Notes: generated by a model from the letters alone, not told the origin. Positions 19,011 through 28,669 are shown, counted from the stretch's first letter. The stretch is DNA of 64,000 bases from Thermoplasmata archaeon (GCA_021792255.1 JAJYUZ010000001.1:352001-416000); one strand, 5' to 3'. Numbers and translations: made by a program.

Positions 19011-20756
19011 ATGGAATACAAATGGACGGTCTTGGTAAACACTACTTTGGGCGGGCTAATGGGATCAATCAACATGACCATTGTCCTCATTTCACTACCT
19101 ACGATTTTTAGGGGTCTTAACATTGACCCTACTGCCCCGGGAGAGTTCATAATGTTGCTCTGGGTAATGTTGGGTTACAGCATTATTCTTGCCACTCTGC
19201 TGGTGACATTTGGGAGGCTTTCCGACGTTTATGGTAGGACGCGGCTTTACACTTTGGGTTTTATCATCTTTACAGTTGGGTCTATCTTAAGCTCCATAAT
19301 TCCGGATGGATCTGGTAACAGAGGAGCAGAGATGCTCATTGGATTTAGGATGGTGCAGGCAATTGGTGGAGGGCTACTGATGGTAAACAGTACTGCACTC
19401 ATCACCGATGCTTTTGACTCCAGTGAAAGGGGACGAGCACTCGGAATTAATCAGATTTCTTTCATATCAGGATCGTTGATCGGACTAATAGCTGGCGGTC
19501 TGCTTGCGTCAAGTAACTGGCACTTGGTATTCATAGTGAACATTCCCTTTGCTGTTGCTGGTTCTCTTTGGTCCGTATTCAAGCTGAAACAGACTACGAA
19601 GAGAGTAAAGGTTCCAATGGACATAGCTGGAAACATTGCACTTGGAGGGGGGTTAGTCTTGATAAGCCTTGGATTCACTTACGCACTCGTACCATATGGT
19701 ACCTCCTCCATGGGTTGGGGAAGCCCTTGGGTCTTGATCTCTTTTGCAGTGGGCTCAGTCTTGTTGATACTATTCGCGTTCATCGAACTGAGGGTAAAGT
19801 ATCCATTATTCAATTTGCACCTTTTTAAAATAAGAGCCTTCAACTACGGCAACCTTGCAAACTTCATGTCTGCCCTCGGAAGAGGGGCTATTATGTTCCT
19901 CGTAGTCATATGGCTACAGGGCATTTATCTTCCACTGCACGGATTCTCTTATTCATCGACACCATTCTGGGCTGGCATATACATGCTGCCAATGATGGTC
20001 GGTTTCATTGCTCTTGGCCCAATCGGAGGTATGCTGACTGACAAGTATGGTGCACGTATTTTCGCTACAGTGGGTATGGTAATAATTGCATTATCCTTGT
20101 ATCTGCTGACCTTACTTCCATACAATTTCAACGTATGGCAATTCGAAATAATTCTACTAATGAACGGTATCGGTAGCGGATTATTTGCAGCACCCAATAC
20201 AACCGCTGTCATGAACTCTTTACCCCCCGAAAGCAGGGGAGCTGGTAGCGGAATGAGAACGACATTCAATAACATCGGTCAGACTATCAGTATGGCAATA
20301 TTCTTTTCAATAGCAATCACTGTATTTTCACAGAAACTTCCGTCTTCACTTTTGCAGACATCCCAGTCGATCGGACTCCCGACACAGATCGCAGTAGCGA
20401 TCTCCCAAATTCCGCCTTCTGGCGCCCTGTTCGCGGCCTTCCTTGGAATAAATCCTGCCGCCAGTTTTCCTTCTTCAATGCTGAGTCTGGTTTCACCTAC
20501 CGCGTTAAAGTCATTGATGTCCCTTACTTTCTTTCCTAACGCAATCGGACCGTCCTTCATGATAGGTCTCAAGTACTCACTGTACGTCGCAATCGTGATA
20601 ACCCTTATTGGAGCAGTACTCTCTGCACTCAGTGGAGGGAGGTATGTACACGGAGAAGGGTACACAGACGGAAAGAGATCAAGGAGTTCTGAAGATAAAA
20701 AAGCCAGCGATGTCCCTACCACCGAACCGAGTACTGGACACGGGGGCCAAAAATGA
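19011..20756 (+). CDS. MFS transporter (DHA2/EmrB-like, 14 TM)
   Basis: GRLSDVYGR motif, ERGRALGIN and many TM segments. Confidence 0.9.
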   Translation: MEYKWTVLVNTTLGGLMGSINMTIVLISLPTIFRGLNIDPTAPGEFIMLLWVMLGYSIILATLLVTFGRLSDVYGRTRLYTLGFIIFTVGSILSSIIPDGSGNRGAEMLIGFRMVQAIGGGLLMVNSTALITDAFDSSERGRALGINQISFISGSLIGLIAGGLLASSNWHLVFIVNIPFAVAGSLWSVFKLKQTTKRVKVPMDIAGNIALGGGLVLISLGFTYALVPYGTSSMGWGSPWVLISFAVGSVLLILFAFIELRVKYPLFNLHLFKIRAFNYGNLANFMSALGRGAIMFLVVIWLQGIYLPLHGFSYSSTPFWAGIYMLPMMVGFIALGPIGGMLTDKYGARIFATVGMVIIALSLYLLTLLPYNFNVWQFEIILLMNGIGSGLFAAPNTTAVMNSLPPESRGAGSGMRTTFNNIGQTISMAIFFSIAITVFSQKLPSSLLQTSQSIGLPTQIAVAISQIPPSGALFAAFLGINPAASFPSSMLSLVSPTALKSLMSLTFFPNAIGPSFMIGLKYSLYVAIVITLIGAVLSALSGGRYVHGEGYTDGKRSRSSEDKKASDVPTTEPSTGHGGQK

Positions 20757-21187
20757 AAAATGAATATGCTATGCTATTGGACCAATTGACCTCGATAAGG
20801 AAACTGAGAAAAAAAATACTCAGTGAAATTAATGCCAACCTGAAAGACTTCAATTCCAGTGATTTCCAGGTTTTACACAGGATATGCAGGGGAATAAAAG
20901 AACCCATGATGAGCGACCTTTCAAAATCGACCGGATTGTCTCACGCTTTGATAACTTCATCTGTTGATAGCCTGGAAGAACTGGATCTTGTAAAGAGGAA
21001 GAGAGGACCTGACAGAAGAAGCTACGTCATAAAACTGACAAGTAAGGGGGTCGAGAAGTGTCAAGAAATGGAAGAACTGAAGAACAGGAGTATAGATTCA
21101 TTGTTCAGGAGCATGTCTAAGGAGGATCTTTCAGAGCTGAAAGAGACCCTTAAAAAATTGAACGATCTCATGGGAAAATATGCATGA
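20753..21187 (+). CDS. MarR family regulator
   Basis: LEELDLVKRKRGPDRRSYVIKLTSKG. Confidence 0.9.
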   Translation: MKNEYAMLLDQLTSIRKLRKKILSEINANLKDFNSSDFQVLHRICRGIKEPMMSDLSKSTGLSHALITSSVDSLEELDLVKRKRGPDRRSYVIKLTSKGVEKCQEMEELKNRSIDSLFRSMSKEDLSELKETLKKLNDLMGKYA

Positions 21188-21449
21188 CAAATGACACTGA
21201 ATGATCTACCAGTGAGATCACCCGTTTCGACCGATCCATAAGCTGAATCTTTTACGTTCTTTTCCTGGATTAGAGTTTCCCTATCAGCAAGGTTCCTTTT
21301 AGGAATCAGAAACCAAGCCCTTGCTATTGGTAACAGACTTCTTCAAATCAAAAAGAGCCCTTATCTCCAACGGAGAAAGATTTTACTACCTTCAAATCTG
21401 TAAACATTTTTTTTCTTGTCTTCTGTAATAAGTTGGCATCATAGAAGCA

Positions 21450-22712
21450 TTAGATTATCAGCGTTTCCTGATCCACTTTTCTCTTTGAGAGTCCGAGGTC
21501 AGCTACATTTATTTCTAAACCACCATAAAGTCTTGTCGACTGTTTTCCTGAGAATAGTGCAGCTGCGACCATTCCTGCTGCGTCGGCTTTCATTATCCCG
21601 CTTCCACTACTCCCATTTACTACTGAAAGGTTCATGTGTCTTTCGAAAACGTAGGTGCCATCCATGTTATTCATGGAATAGAAGCCCGCCCAGCTCGACC
21701 GTATGCGGGAATTAGAAAAAGCCGGAACGTACTCTCTAAGGACTGTGTAAAGATTGTTTGAGTAATAATCCTCATCAGCAGTCGGATTCTCTTCTAGTGA
21801 AAATCCTCTCCCGATTCCCTCAACGTAGGATACCCAGAACATCTTTGATTTTGGATCTGGCCTCAGGTCAATTGTGGGACTAGGGAGAATTGTAAACGGA
21901 AAGAGGTCCTCCTCCCCCGTCACTTTTCTTGTCATCATTTTAGAGATTTCCTCGCTCTGGACCTGAAACACCTGAACCTTCTTTGGTTGAGTGAATGCGT
22001 CAATTCCGAGTGGCCTCAACAAATCGTTTGTCCATACGTCAGTCGCAAGCAAAAACTGGTCCGCAAAAACATCTCCTTTGCTTGTTTCGACCGACTCTAT
22101 TACCTTATCTTGCCAGATGAACGGTTCTCCAGGAAAATTTAGCTTGTTGCGAGGTGCTATGCTCAGTCTTTCCACGTTGGTGTTGAATCTAAACTCTACA
22201 CCCATATTCTCCAATTTTGTGACATAAAACGATGCAAGTAGGTCGGGTTCCATGATGCCACAATTTTCACCTACTAAACCTCCTTCGATATTCCTCAGGT
22301 TCATAATACTGGCAGCATCCGGGTCAGGATTCGTCCTTATTCCAAGTTCTGAAATTTCTTCCCTGCTTATTATTTTAGATTTGACCTTATTAAGAAGTTT
22401 CCGGACTGCCGGAGAGTTCAGATTGTCCTTATCCATCAGGAACAGGTAGCCGTTGAAGTGCATTCCCAAGTTGAACCCTTTCCTTTGAACGTCCTTGTAA
22501 AAAGAGATGGAAGAGGACGCTAACTTGTAATTTGTCTCCGAAGTAAAGACATCTCGAAAAGCGGCAGCACTTTTGGCCGTGTTTCCTTGAGCATACGTAC
22601 TCCCCTTGTCTAAAACGCAAATATTCAGATCTGGATTTTCTGACTTGATGTGGTAAGCCGAAGAGAGACCTGAAATACCGGCTCCAACGATTAATAGATC
22701 GTACTTTTGCAT
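21450..22712 (-). CDS. FAD-dependent oxidoreductase (DAO / proline dehydrogenase beta-like)
   Basis: IVGAGISG, TAKSAA, WAGFY and GSSGSGIMKA. Confidence 0.85.
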   Translation of the reverse strand: MQKYDLLIVGAGISGLSSAYHIKSENPDLNICVLDKGSTYAQGNTAKSAAAFRDVFTSETNYKLASSSISFYKDVQRKGFNLGMHFNGYLFLMDKDNLNSPAVRKLLNKVKSKIISREEISELGIRTNPDPDAASIMNLRNIEGGLVGENCGIMEPDLLASFYVTKLENMGVEFRFNTNVERLSIAPRNKLNFPGEPFIWQDKVIESVETSKGDVFADQFLLATDVWTNDLLRPLGIDAFTQPKKVQVFQVQSEEISKMMTRKVTGEEDLFPFTILPSPTIDLRPDPKSKMFWVSYVEGIGRGFSLEENPTADEDYYSNNLYTVLREYVPAFSNSRIRSSWAGFYSMNNMDGTYVFERHMNLSVVNGSSGSGIMKADAAGMVAAALFSGKQSTRLYGGLEINVADLGLSKRKVDQETLII

Positions 22713-22783
22713 TCGCCTGAAGGATAGCGAACCGTTATTTAATATATCATTTCAAATCCCACTAGACAGATAAAGATCGCTAC

Positions 22784-23689
22784 CTAGATCAAATTCATCT
22801 TCTTCAGTAGGTAGCGTGCGGAGACGATATCCTCTAACCCAATCCCCATGGTCTTGAATATCGTTTTCTTGAAACCCCTGTACTTCTCCGTTTCTCCGAT
22901 TACATTCTTAAATTCCGTCGGTCTCCCCCCGCCGTTCACAAAATCTACGATCTCAGAAGACTCCTTGAGTGCCTGCTCCAGGTGTTCAACCACTACGAGA
23001 TCAGCGCCATCTATTACTTTTCTTGAAACCTCTTTTCTGGAGAGAACATTGGAGCCTGAAATGTTAAGATGATATTCATCTAAAAAGGATAGATCATTGA
23101 TTATCGGTTCTCGAGAAGAAGTAATGCTTGTGATGACATCTGCATTTTCCAGACCGGATCTTAAGTCATCATAATACGTTATTTCCTTCCCAAACTTTCT
23201 GTTCATTCTCTCTGCAAAATCTGTGCCGTGTGCTGGCGTGCGGGAGTACACCCTTATTTCGCGAGGATCTGAGACCGCGAGTAGTCCTTCAAGTTGAGTT
23301 TCTGCTTGAAATCCAGATCCTATCAAGGTAAAAACAGAGCACTTACCGTGCAAAGCAGAGGTTGCAAGTGCTGTCACTGCGCCTGTTCTTACTTGCCCCA
23401 ACTTGTTGGCTTCTACTACAGCAATAAGCTCACTCGAAATTGTATCAAACAGCAGAACCACGAACTTGGCTCCTTCTTTTGTTGCTACGTACGTTTTGAG
23501 GCCTGTTATGTTGTACCTATTCATGAAAGCAGGCATTGTGCTGAGGACTGACATACTCGAAAAGGTTCTGATGCGAGAATCAGCTCCTGCTTCACCTCTG
23601 AAGTATTCTCCAAAGGCATCGCGCATTGCTTCAATGGCCATTTTCATGTCAAAATTCTCTACAACATCTTCCTCTGTTATCACGTACAT
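22784..23689 (-). CDS. Ornithine cyclodeaminase / mu-crystallin family protein
   Basis: LGQVRTGA, IGSGFQAETQL and FKTMGIGLEDI. Confidence 0.88.
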   Translation of the reverse strand: MYVITEEDVVENFDMKMAIEAMRDAFGEYFRGEAGADSRIRTFSSMSVLSTMPAFMNRYNITGLKTYVATKEGAKFVVLLFDTISSELIAVVEANKLGQVRTGAVTALATSALHGKCSVFTLIGSGFQAETQLEGLLAVSDPREIRVYSRTPAHGTDFAERMNRKFGKEITYYDDLRSGLENADVITSITSSREPIINDLSFLDEYHLNISGSNVLSRKEVSRKVIDGADLVVVEHLEQALKESSEIVDFVNGGGRPTEFKNVIGETEKYRGFKKTIFKTMGIGLEDIVSARYLLKKMNLI

Positions 23690-23807
23690 GTGAAACTTCA
23701 ACCTGAGGGAAGCTAAATACTCTTTTAAAGAAATTTATCGCTAGATCAAAATTCTAAGGAAATAGGCGCATTACAAATTTACTTTCTTGAGAATACTTTA
23801 CCGAAAA

Positions 23808-24362
23808 TCAGGTCAGCGAGGCCACAATTGAACCAGTCGTACCTGAATAATTAATTACTACTTTAAAGTCCGATAATACTATTGCTTTTCCGGTCGAATG
23901 GAAAACTATGAAAATTATGGCCCCAGATTCTATGGAAGATGCGCCATTAAGTGGGACAGCTCCATTAGCCGTCCACACATCACCGCTGCTCGTAAAAGTG
24001 TTCATGTAAAGTGCTGATCCGTCTGGATTTGTGATTGTCGCATTCTCAATCGTCCAGCCGACCCCTGTTGAGGTCGTGTTCAAAATTTGCAGATGAAAAT
24101 TGGATGGATCCTTAAGAGATGTCGGAGAAGCAAGCGTCAACAGTAGTGTAGTCGAATTTGGTCCAGAAGGTTCTTCCGTCAGGCTTCCCACTAGTGGTCC
24201 AGGCCCGGGAGTATAGTATGAAACCAGCAGATATACAGCAGCAGCTAAAACTACTGTGACTGCCACCATCAGGATAGTTGCTATTACTGGAGATACCGCC
24301 TCGTCTTTTTCAACGTGAAGTGACCAAATCTTCCTGCGAGTTCTCCTAATGACTTCTTTCAT
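23808..24362 (-). CDS. Archaeal type IV pilin-like protein
   Basis: Class III signal KDEA|VSPVIATILMVAVTVVLAAAVY. Confidence 0.88.
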   Translation of the reverse strand: MKEVIRRTRRKIWSLHVEKDEAVSPVIATILMVAVTVVLAAAVYLLVSYYTPGPGPLVGSLTEEPSGPNSTTLLLTLASPTSLKDPSNFHLQILNTTSTGVGWTIENATITNPDGSALYMNTFTSSGDVWTANGAVPLNGASSIESGAIIFIVFHSTGKAIVLSDFKVVINYSGTTGSIVASLT

Positions 24363-25086
24363 CTCTTCCCCCTGGTGAACCAAGAGCGAAAAGAAATGCC
24401 TAAACCCAATATATATTTTGAGGTTCTCTCTATTCCTGAATTAGTTGAATTTATGGATTAAATCGTGCTGCCAAATACTCTGCCGGCTATGATAAACATA
24501 TCTTGACCTTTCCATATTGATATCTATTTTTGATCTTCCTTATAAAAATGACTTTCTGTTTTCTAGTGGTGGTAAGAAAGCGCACCAAACTCGTAAGAGG
24601 GAAGGAAATCAAATACTTTTTATATATCTTGAGGAGCCCGTAGAATCCTCTATCGTATAAAGGCCTTGATCTCATTAAATTCTAATAGCGAACTATGCTT
24701 TTCCTCACGATTTACTTGACTCCGAGATTGACATCAACTTTTTCTTGCTCATGCTAAAACTGATTTTGAAAACTATGTCAGATCACCCGAGGTATACAAA
24801 GATATTTTACTAATAGTTCTCAAACCTTTGCCTGCTTTCGGAAGAATGGAATTGACTATAAAATTAGTGTAATCAACATTTCTCAGACATGTTTTCTTTT
24901 TTATATTTTTAAAATGACGAAAATGTAACTTAGATCATTTCTCTTTTAAATCGGACATTTTTTGTTTTAAATAGTTTCAGTCCTCCGGTCATTATTTTCA
25001 TTATGGAAATTCAGCTAGACCGGATCGTGTTGAAGAGCGCTTGACTCTTATTCTCGGTAAATCCTCACAACTTCCACTCAAGAAAA

Positions 25087-25115
25087 AAGAGGAAGTCCTA
25101 CTAGAACTTCCTCTT
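25087..25115 (-). terminator. Strong hairpin followed by a T-tract on the minus strand (possible terminator or operator)
   Basis: Minus strand reads AAGAGGAAGTTCT-AGT-AGGACTTCCTCTT then TTTTC. Confidence 0.4.
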
Positions 25116-25237
25116 AACTGGCCCCTCCTCGTGATTGATGATACTGCAGTGTGGGAAGCGTCACGTTGGTTACACGAATCCACTTCGTGCATTATTCAAT
25201 ATTTCATAAATTTGAGGTCCCTATTTAATACCACCAG

Positions 25238-25262
25238 AAAGTTAGAAATGTTAGCTAACTTC
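25238..25262. promoter_or_regulatory. Degenerate copy of the operator: AAAGTTAGAAAT-G-TTAGCTAACTTC
   Basis: 21 of 25 positions identical to 16986-17010 on the + strand. Lies 49 nt upstream of the P2 start. Confidence 0.68.
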
Positions 25263-25311
25263 CTGTTAGTATAAAAATACGAGAATAAGTTGATTTTTTG
25301 AGGGATACGAA

Positions 25312-25413
25312 ATGTTCGTAATATTTGCCTTCGTGATTGGCCTGGCTATAACCGTGTACTACACTTTAATTAACCCACAGGGCAATGGCGGAATAGCGGC
25401 GGGTGGCGGATAG
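25312..25413 (+). CDS. Short hydrophobic peptide P2 (MFVIFAFVIGLAITVYYTLINPQGNGGIAAGGG); absent from the ORF track
   Basis: SD-like GAGGGAT. Homologous to P1 in position and sequence. Confidence 0.7.
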   Translation: MFVIFAFVIGLAITVYYTLINPQGNGGIAAGGG

Positions 25414-25432
25414 AAATAATTCTATCTTTCAA

Positions 25433-25442
25433 TTTTCTAACT
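25433..25442 (+). promoter_or_regulatory. Operator half-site TTTTCTAACT before the TATA-like box of regulator A2
   Basis: Ends 28 nt upstream of ATG 25471, the same spacing as copy 1. Confidence 0.55.
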
Positions 25443-25470
25443 ATTAATATAAGCTGAATCTTACTGAGAA

Positions 25471-26427
25471 ATGTCAAATTTAAAAGAAGAAGGAGTTTGT
25501 CCATACTGTAAGAAAAAATCTTACATTACAAGAAAATGGGTTCTAAACAAGTACAAGAAAAGATACAATTATGCTATATATCATCACGACGGAACCTTGC
25601 ATTACTTGAATGAATCTAAAGATAATTCAAAAACCTTCAGGAAGGGAGAAATTGAGAAATTATTGATTGAAACGATAAACTCTGAAAGATTCAAAGATGG
25701 TTTGTTTCTAACTGAAGACATAAAGAAGTTACTTGAGAAGGAATATCCTGAAATTCAATCAGATACTATCAGAGCAAACCTCTATCAATTGACGAAAATA
25801 GGAATGCTTGAAACTATGAAAAAGGGGAGACAGGTCTTCTTCCTTAACGTGGTTTTCAGGGAAAGACTGGGCTATATTTTCGATTCAGTCAAGATATTAC
25901 TCGGAGATATTGAGGGCGATACTTTCTTCAGAAATCACGTTGCCCTTTATCAAATCAGAAATGACAAAACGTGGCCACTTTACTTCCTTCCTTATCGAGT
26001 TTTCGGAGATGCTGACGCCGAGTTTAGAACGATGCAATTTCGGGCGTTTGATATATCAAATAACGAGCGATTGAGAGTACTCTTATTAGAAGACAATCCC
26101 AGGGAAAAGAGAGTACTGCTTCGATTGAGTAATCCTCTGTTCCCAAACGAAATATTGAAAGTCAGATTTGAGTACGATTGGCAGGAGCCTAAACAAGCTT
26201 TTGTCTTCACTGCTGCAACTCAATTAAAGAGCTTCGAGATTTATCTCTCTGGCAACAATCAACTTAAGATACAGGCGATTCAGACCGTATCGACCACCAA
26301 TGAAATTAAAGATCTCACCAATGACGTTTCAAAAAGTAGGAACAAAGAATGGGACTTCGTGTATTCGATAAAGTTGAAATCGATCAAACCCTTTTCAGTA
26401 ATACAATTAAAGTGGAAACGCATTTAA
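25471..26427 (+). CDS. Putative regulator A2: Zn-ribbon + wHTH + beta-sandwich
   Basis: CPYC..RKWVLNKYKKRYNYAIYHHDGTLHY, WPLYFLPYR and PFSVIQLKWK are shared with A1. Confidence 0.78.
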   Translation: MSNLKEEGVCPYCKKKSYITRKWVLNKYKKRYNYAIYHHDGTLHYLNESKDNSKTFRKGEIEKLLIETINSERFKDGLFLTEDIKKLLEKEYPEIQSDTIRANLYQLTKIGMLETMKKGRQVFFLNVVFRERLGYIFDSVKILLGDIEGDTFFRNHVALYQIRNDKTWPLYFLPYRVFGDADAEFRTMQFRAFDISNNERLRVLLLEDNPREKRVLLRLSNPLFPNEILKVRFEYDWQEPKQAFVFTAATQLKSFEIYLSGNNQLKIQAIQTVSTTNEIKDLTNDVSKSRNKEWDFVYSIKLKSIKPFSVIQLKWKRI

Positions 26428-26455
26428 AAGGAGTTAGCGTTGCACATTCGCAAAC

Positions 26456-26465
26456 TTGAATATTG
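26456..26465 (+). promoter_or_regulatory. Conserved promoter-like box TTGAATATTG upstream of regulator B2
   Basis: 21 nt before ATG 26487, preceded by a BRE-like CGCAAA. Confidence 0.55.
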
Positions 26466-26486
26466 TTTGCTTTATATCCGCGCTGA

Positions 26487-27419
26487 ATGCCTAGGAAACC
26501 GTTGCAGGCAATGTGTAAAATTTGTGGAGCAAACGCAACACTTGTGCATCACCAGGCCACTGGAGCTAACGGAATAATTTATTTTTATGAGAAGTACGTC
26601 CACCGAAATGGCAAGACTCATTATTTTCGACAAGACAGAAAAGCACAAAGTGAAGAAGCTTCCGTTTCTTTTGAAGACTTGATTGATACGAAGATGAACA
26701 ATGGCAAGTACAGGTTCAAAGAAATCAAACTCCTAATTGAATCTGTCAATCGGAGAAACGTTAGCAACACTATGGTCTACAGGAGTATTGAAAAGGCAAT
26801 ACGGGCCAATTCAATAGAGAAGAATATTGAGGAAGGCATAATCTATTATTCGAAAAGAATCAACCAAGATTCATCAGGACAACTGAAAATAAAGGAAGCG
26901 TTTGTAACTTATGTTCTATCAGACTCTACCGTGAATATGACAATACTGTTACTGTTCGAGAATCTTAGCGGTTTGCTTATGAACAGAATACCAATCACCC
27001 TCCCTACAGGGACTGTAGATTCTCAAAAAGAGCTGCACCTTCAAGTATTCGATCAGATGGGACCAATTCCGGAAAAGAATGTAGAAATGGCATATTCATT
27101 CTCTAGTCAGACCGGAATTGCGATAAACTTTAACAAACCCCTAAAACCGAATGAGTTCAATTTCGTCTTTATGAGCACTCAATTCAAGACAAGAGAGCGA
27201 ATGTTGAAATTTGCTTTGCCACTGTACACCAATTCTCTGAAACTGTACGTCACATTAGATCACGGCAAACCAGTTCACATAATAAAACGCCTGCTCGATG
27301 GAGTCAAGGAGACAAATCCGGATTTGGCCAGAAAGGGGACATTGAATAACGGTCAGACTTACAAGGAAGTGGAGTTCAATAATGCGTCCTGGGGAGAGGC
27401 GATAATAGTCTCTTGGTGA
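26487..27419 (+). CDS. Putative regulator B2: Zn-ribbon + wHTH + beta-sandwich
   Basis: CKIC...VHRNGKTHY, RFKEIKLLIE..TMVYRSI, KRLLDGVKE and EFNNA.GEAIIVS are shared with B1. Confidence 0.75.
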   Translation: MPRKPLQAMCKICGANATLVHHQATGANGIIYFYEKYVHRNGKTHYFRQDRKAQSEEASVSFEDLIDTKMNNGKYRFKEIKLLIESVNRRNVSNTMVYRSIEKAIRANSIEKNIEEGIIYYSKRINQDSSGQLKIKEAFVTYVLSDSTVNMTILLLFENLSGLLMNRIPITLPTGTVDSQKELHLQVFDQMGPIPEKNVEMAYSFSSQTGIAINFNKPLKPNEFNFVFMSTQFKTRERMLKFALPLYTNSLKLYVTLDHGKPVHIIKRLLDGVKETNPDLARKGTLNNGQTYKEVEFNNASWGEAIIVSW

Positions 27420-27673
27420 TATTCAATTTCTAATTTGAGGTAGCTTCCTCTCGAATCTATTTGAGTCAAAAAGAGTAGCGATGGCAAGAAAGTGCAGCTG
27501 ATACCTCGGCAGGGTCAATCATTGTATTTGAACCCCAGATTATTCTCCAATGTCGGTAAGAACTATTTTGAGAACCATTTGAGACAGAAATTGGAGATTT
27601 CAAAAATGTACCAAACAATTAATGTATTAGATTTGGAAGTCGTAATTGTATAAAAAAGAGGAGAAGATGAGAA

Positions 27674-27970
27674 ATGGTAATTGAGTGGACCACCATAATG
27701 GATTTCGTCCTTACGTTCGTGGCAGGATTGCTCTTCGGTCTAGCTATCAAGAAGGGAGTTGTCGCGTTTGTGCTAGCAATAGTAGGCTTCGTGATAGCGG
27801 GATATGTAGGGTTGACGTTTGTTCCCAAGATTTCATTAAGCTACGAGATAAGTAAATTCATTGCTCTTGCACTGGCATACTTCAAGGACGCGCAAATTGG
27901 AACGCTTGCCGTTTCTCTCACAGTTATTCTGTTCCTTATCGGACTTGTCATAGGACTGTGGAAAGGATAA
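27674..27970 (+). CDS. Small membrane protein (FUN14-like)
   Basis: GLLFGLAIKKG..LAIVG..GYVG pattern with three hydrophobic segments. Confidence 0.6.
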   Translation: MVIEWTTIMDFVLTFVAGLLFGLAIKKGVVAFVLAIVGFVIAGYVGLTFVPKISLSYEISKFIALALAYFKDAQIGTLAVSLTVILFLIGLVIGLWKG

Positions 27971-28093
27971 TCTTAAAACGACCTGTAGGTGCAGATTCTT
28001 GACTATTGATTTTTTCTATCTTTCCTATTGAGTCATCGGACCGTTTTATCAGCAGCATCTGAAGAAGCGTAAAGGTTGATAAGGCCGAAATAT

Positions 28094-28669
28094 ATGCTTT
28101 TTAGATTGAGTAAGATAAAGAACGAAGAGGCCGTTTCGGAAGTCGTCGGGACTATCCTTATACTAGCTATAACGGTAGTGCTATTTGCAACAGTATTTGT
28201 CTATGTACAACAAGTTCCACTGGCTACGGCCCCTGAACAAGTCACTATCTACCAAGAGATATCCTACGACGCAAATTCTCACGTCCTCTATGAGAATCTT
28301 TCTGATAAAGGAGGGAGCATTCTTCTTAGAAGCGAGACCTATCTGATCGTACTCGTTAACAATGTAGAATATTCGAGCGTTCTGACTTCACTTCAAGTAA
28401 GCGATCCCTATGGAAATGCTTCAAAATATTTTGAACCGGGCGATTCTATTCTCTGGAACAGTTCTTCCATTGGAGCCAAAGTATCGAATGGCTCAAAAAT
28501 CAACTCCATTTTGTTCTATAAATCCACAAACCAAGTACTGTGGCAATCCGAGAACGACCTGCCGGTACAATATTTGCTGACGGACCTTTTCGCTCTTCAG
28601 GGTTCCCAAGGAACTGGAAACGAGACAATATTCCACCATTTACTTTCTGCAAAACACTGGCAGATGTGA
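28094..28669 (+). CDS. Archaeal type IV pilin-like protein
   Basis: KNEEA|VSEVVGTILILAITVVLFATVF, FEPGD and NQVLW. Confidence 0.82.
   Translation: MLFRLSKIKNEEAVSEVVGTILILAITVVLFATVFVYVQQVPLATAPEQVTIYQEISYDANSHVLYENLSDKGGSILLRSETYLIVLVNNVEYSSVLTSLQVSDPYGNASKYFEPGDSILWNSSSIGAKVSNGSKINSILFYKSTNQVLWQSENDLPVQYLLTDLFALQGSQGTGNETIFHHLLSAKHWQM

Noticed and set aside
17201-25133. Shared 12-mer CCCCTCCTCGTG in both upstream regions
   Set aside because: Opposite orientation relative to the modules; compatible with chance.
25041-25274. 77-aa ORF and the 63-aa antisense ORF at 25001-25192
   Set aside because: They overlap hairpins (the 77-aa ORF also the operator) and show no similarity to copy 1 ORFs.
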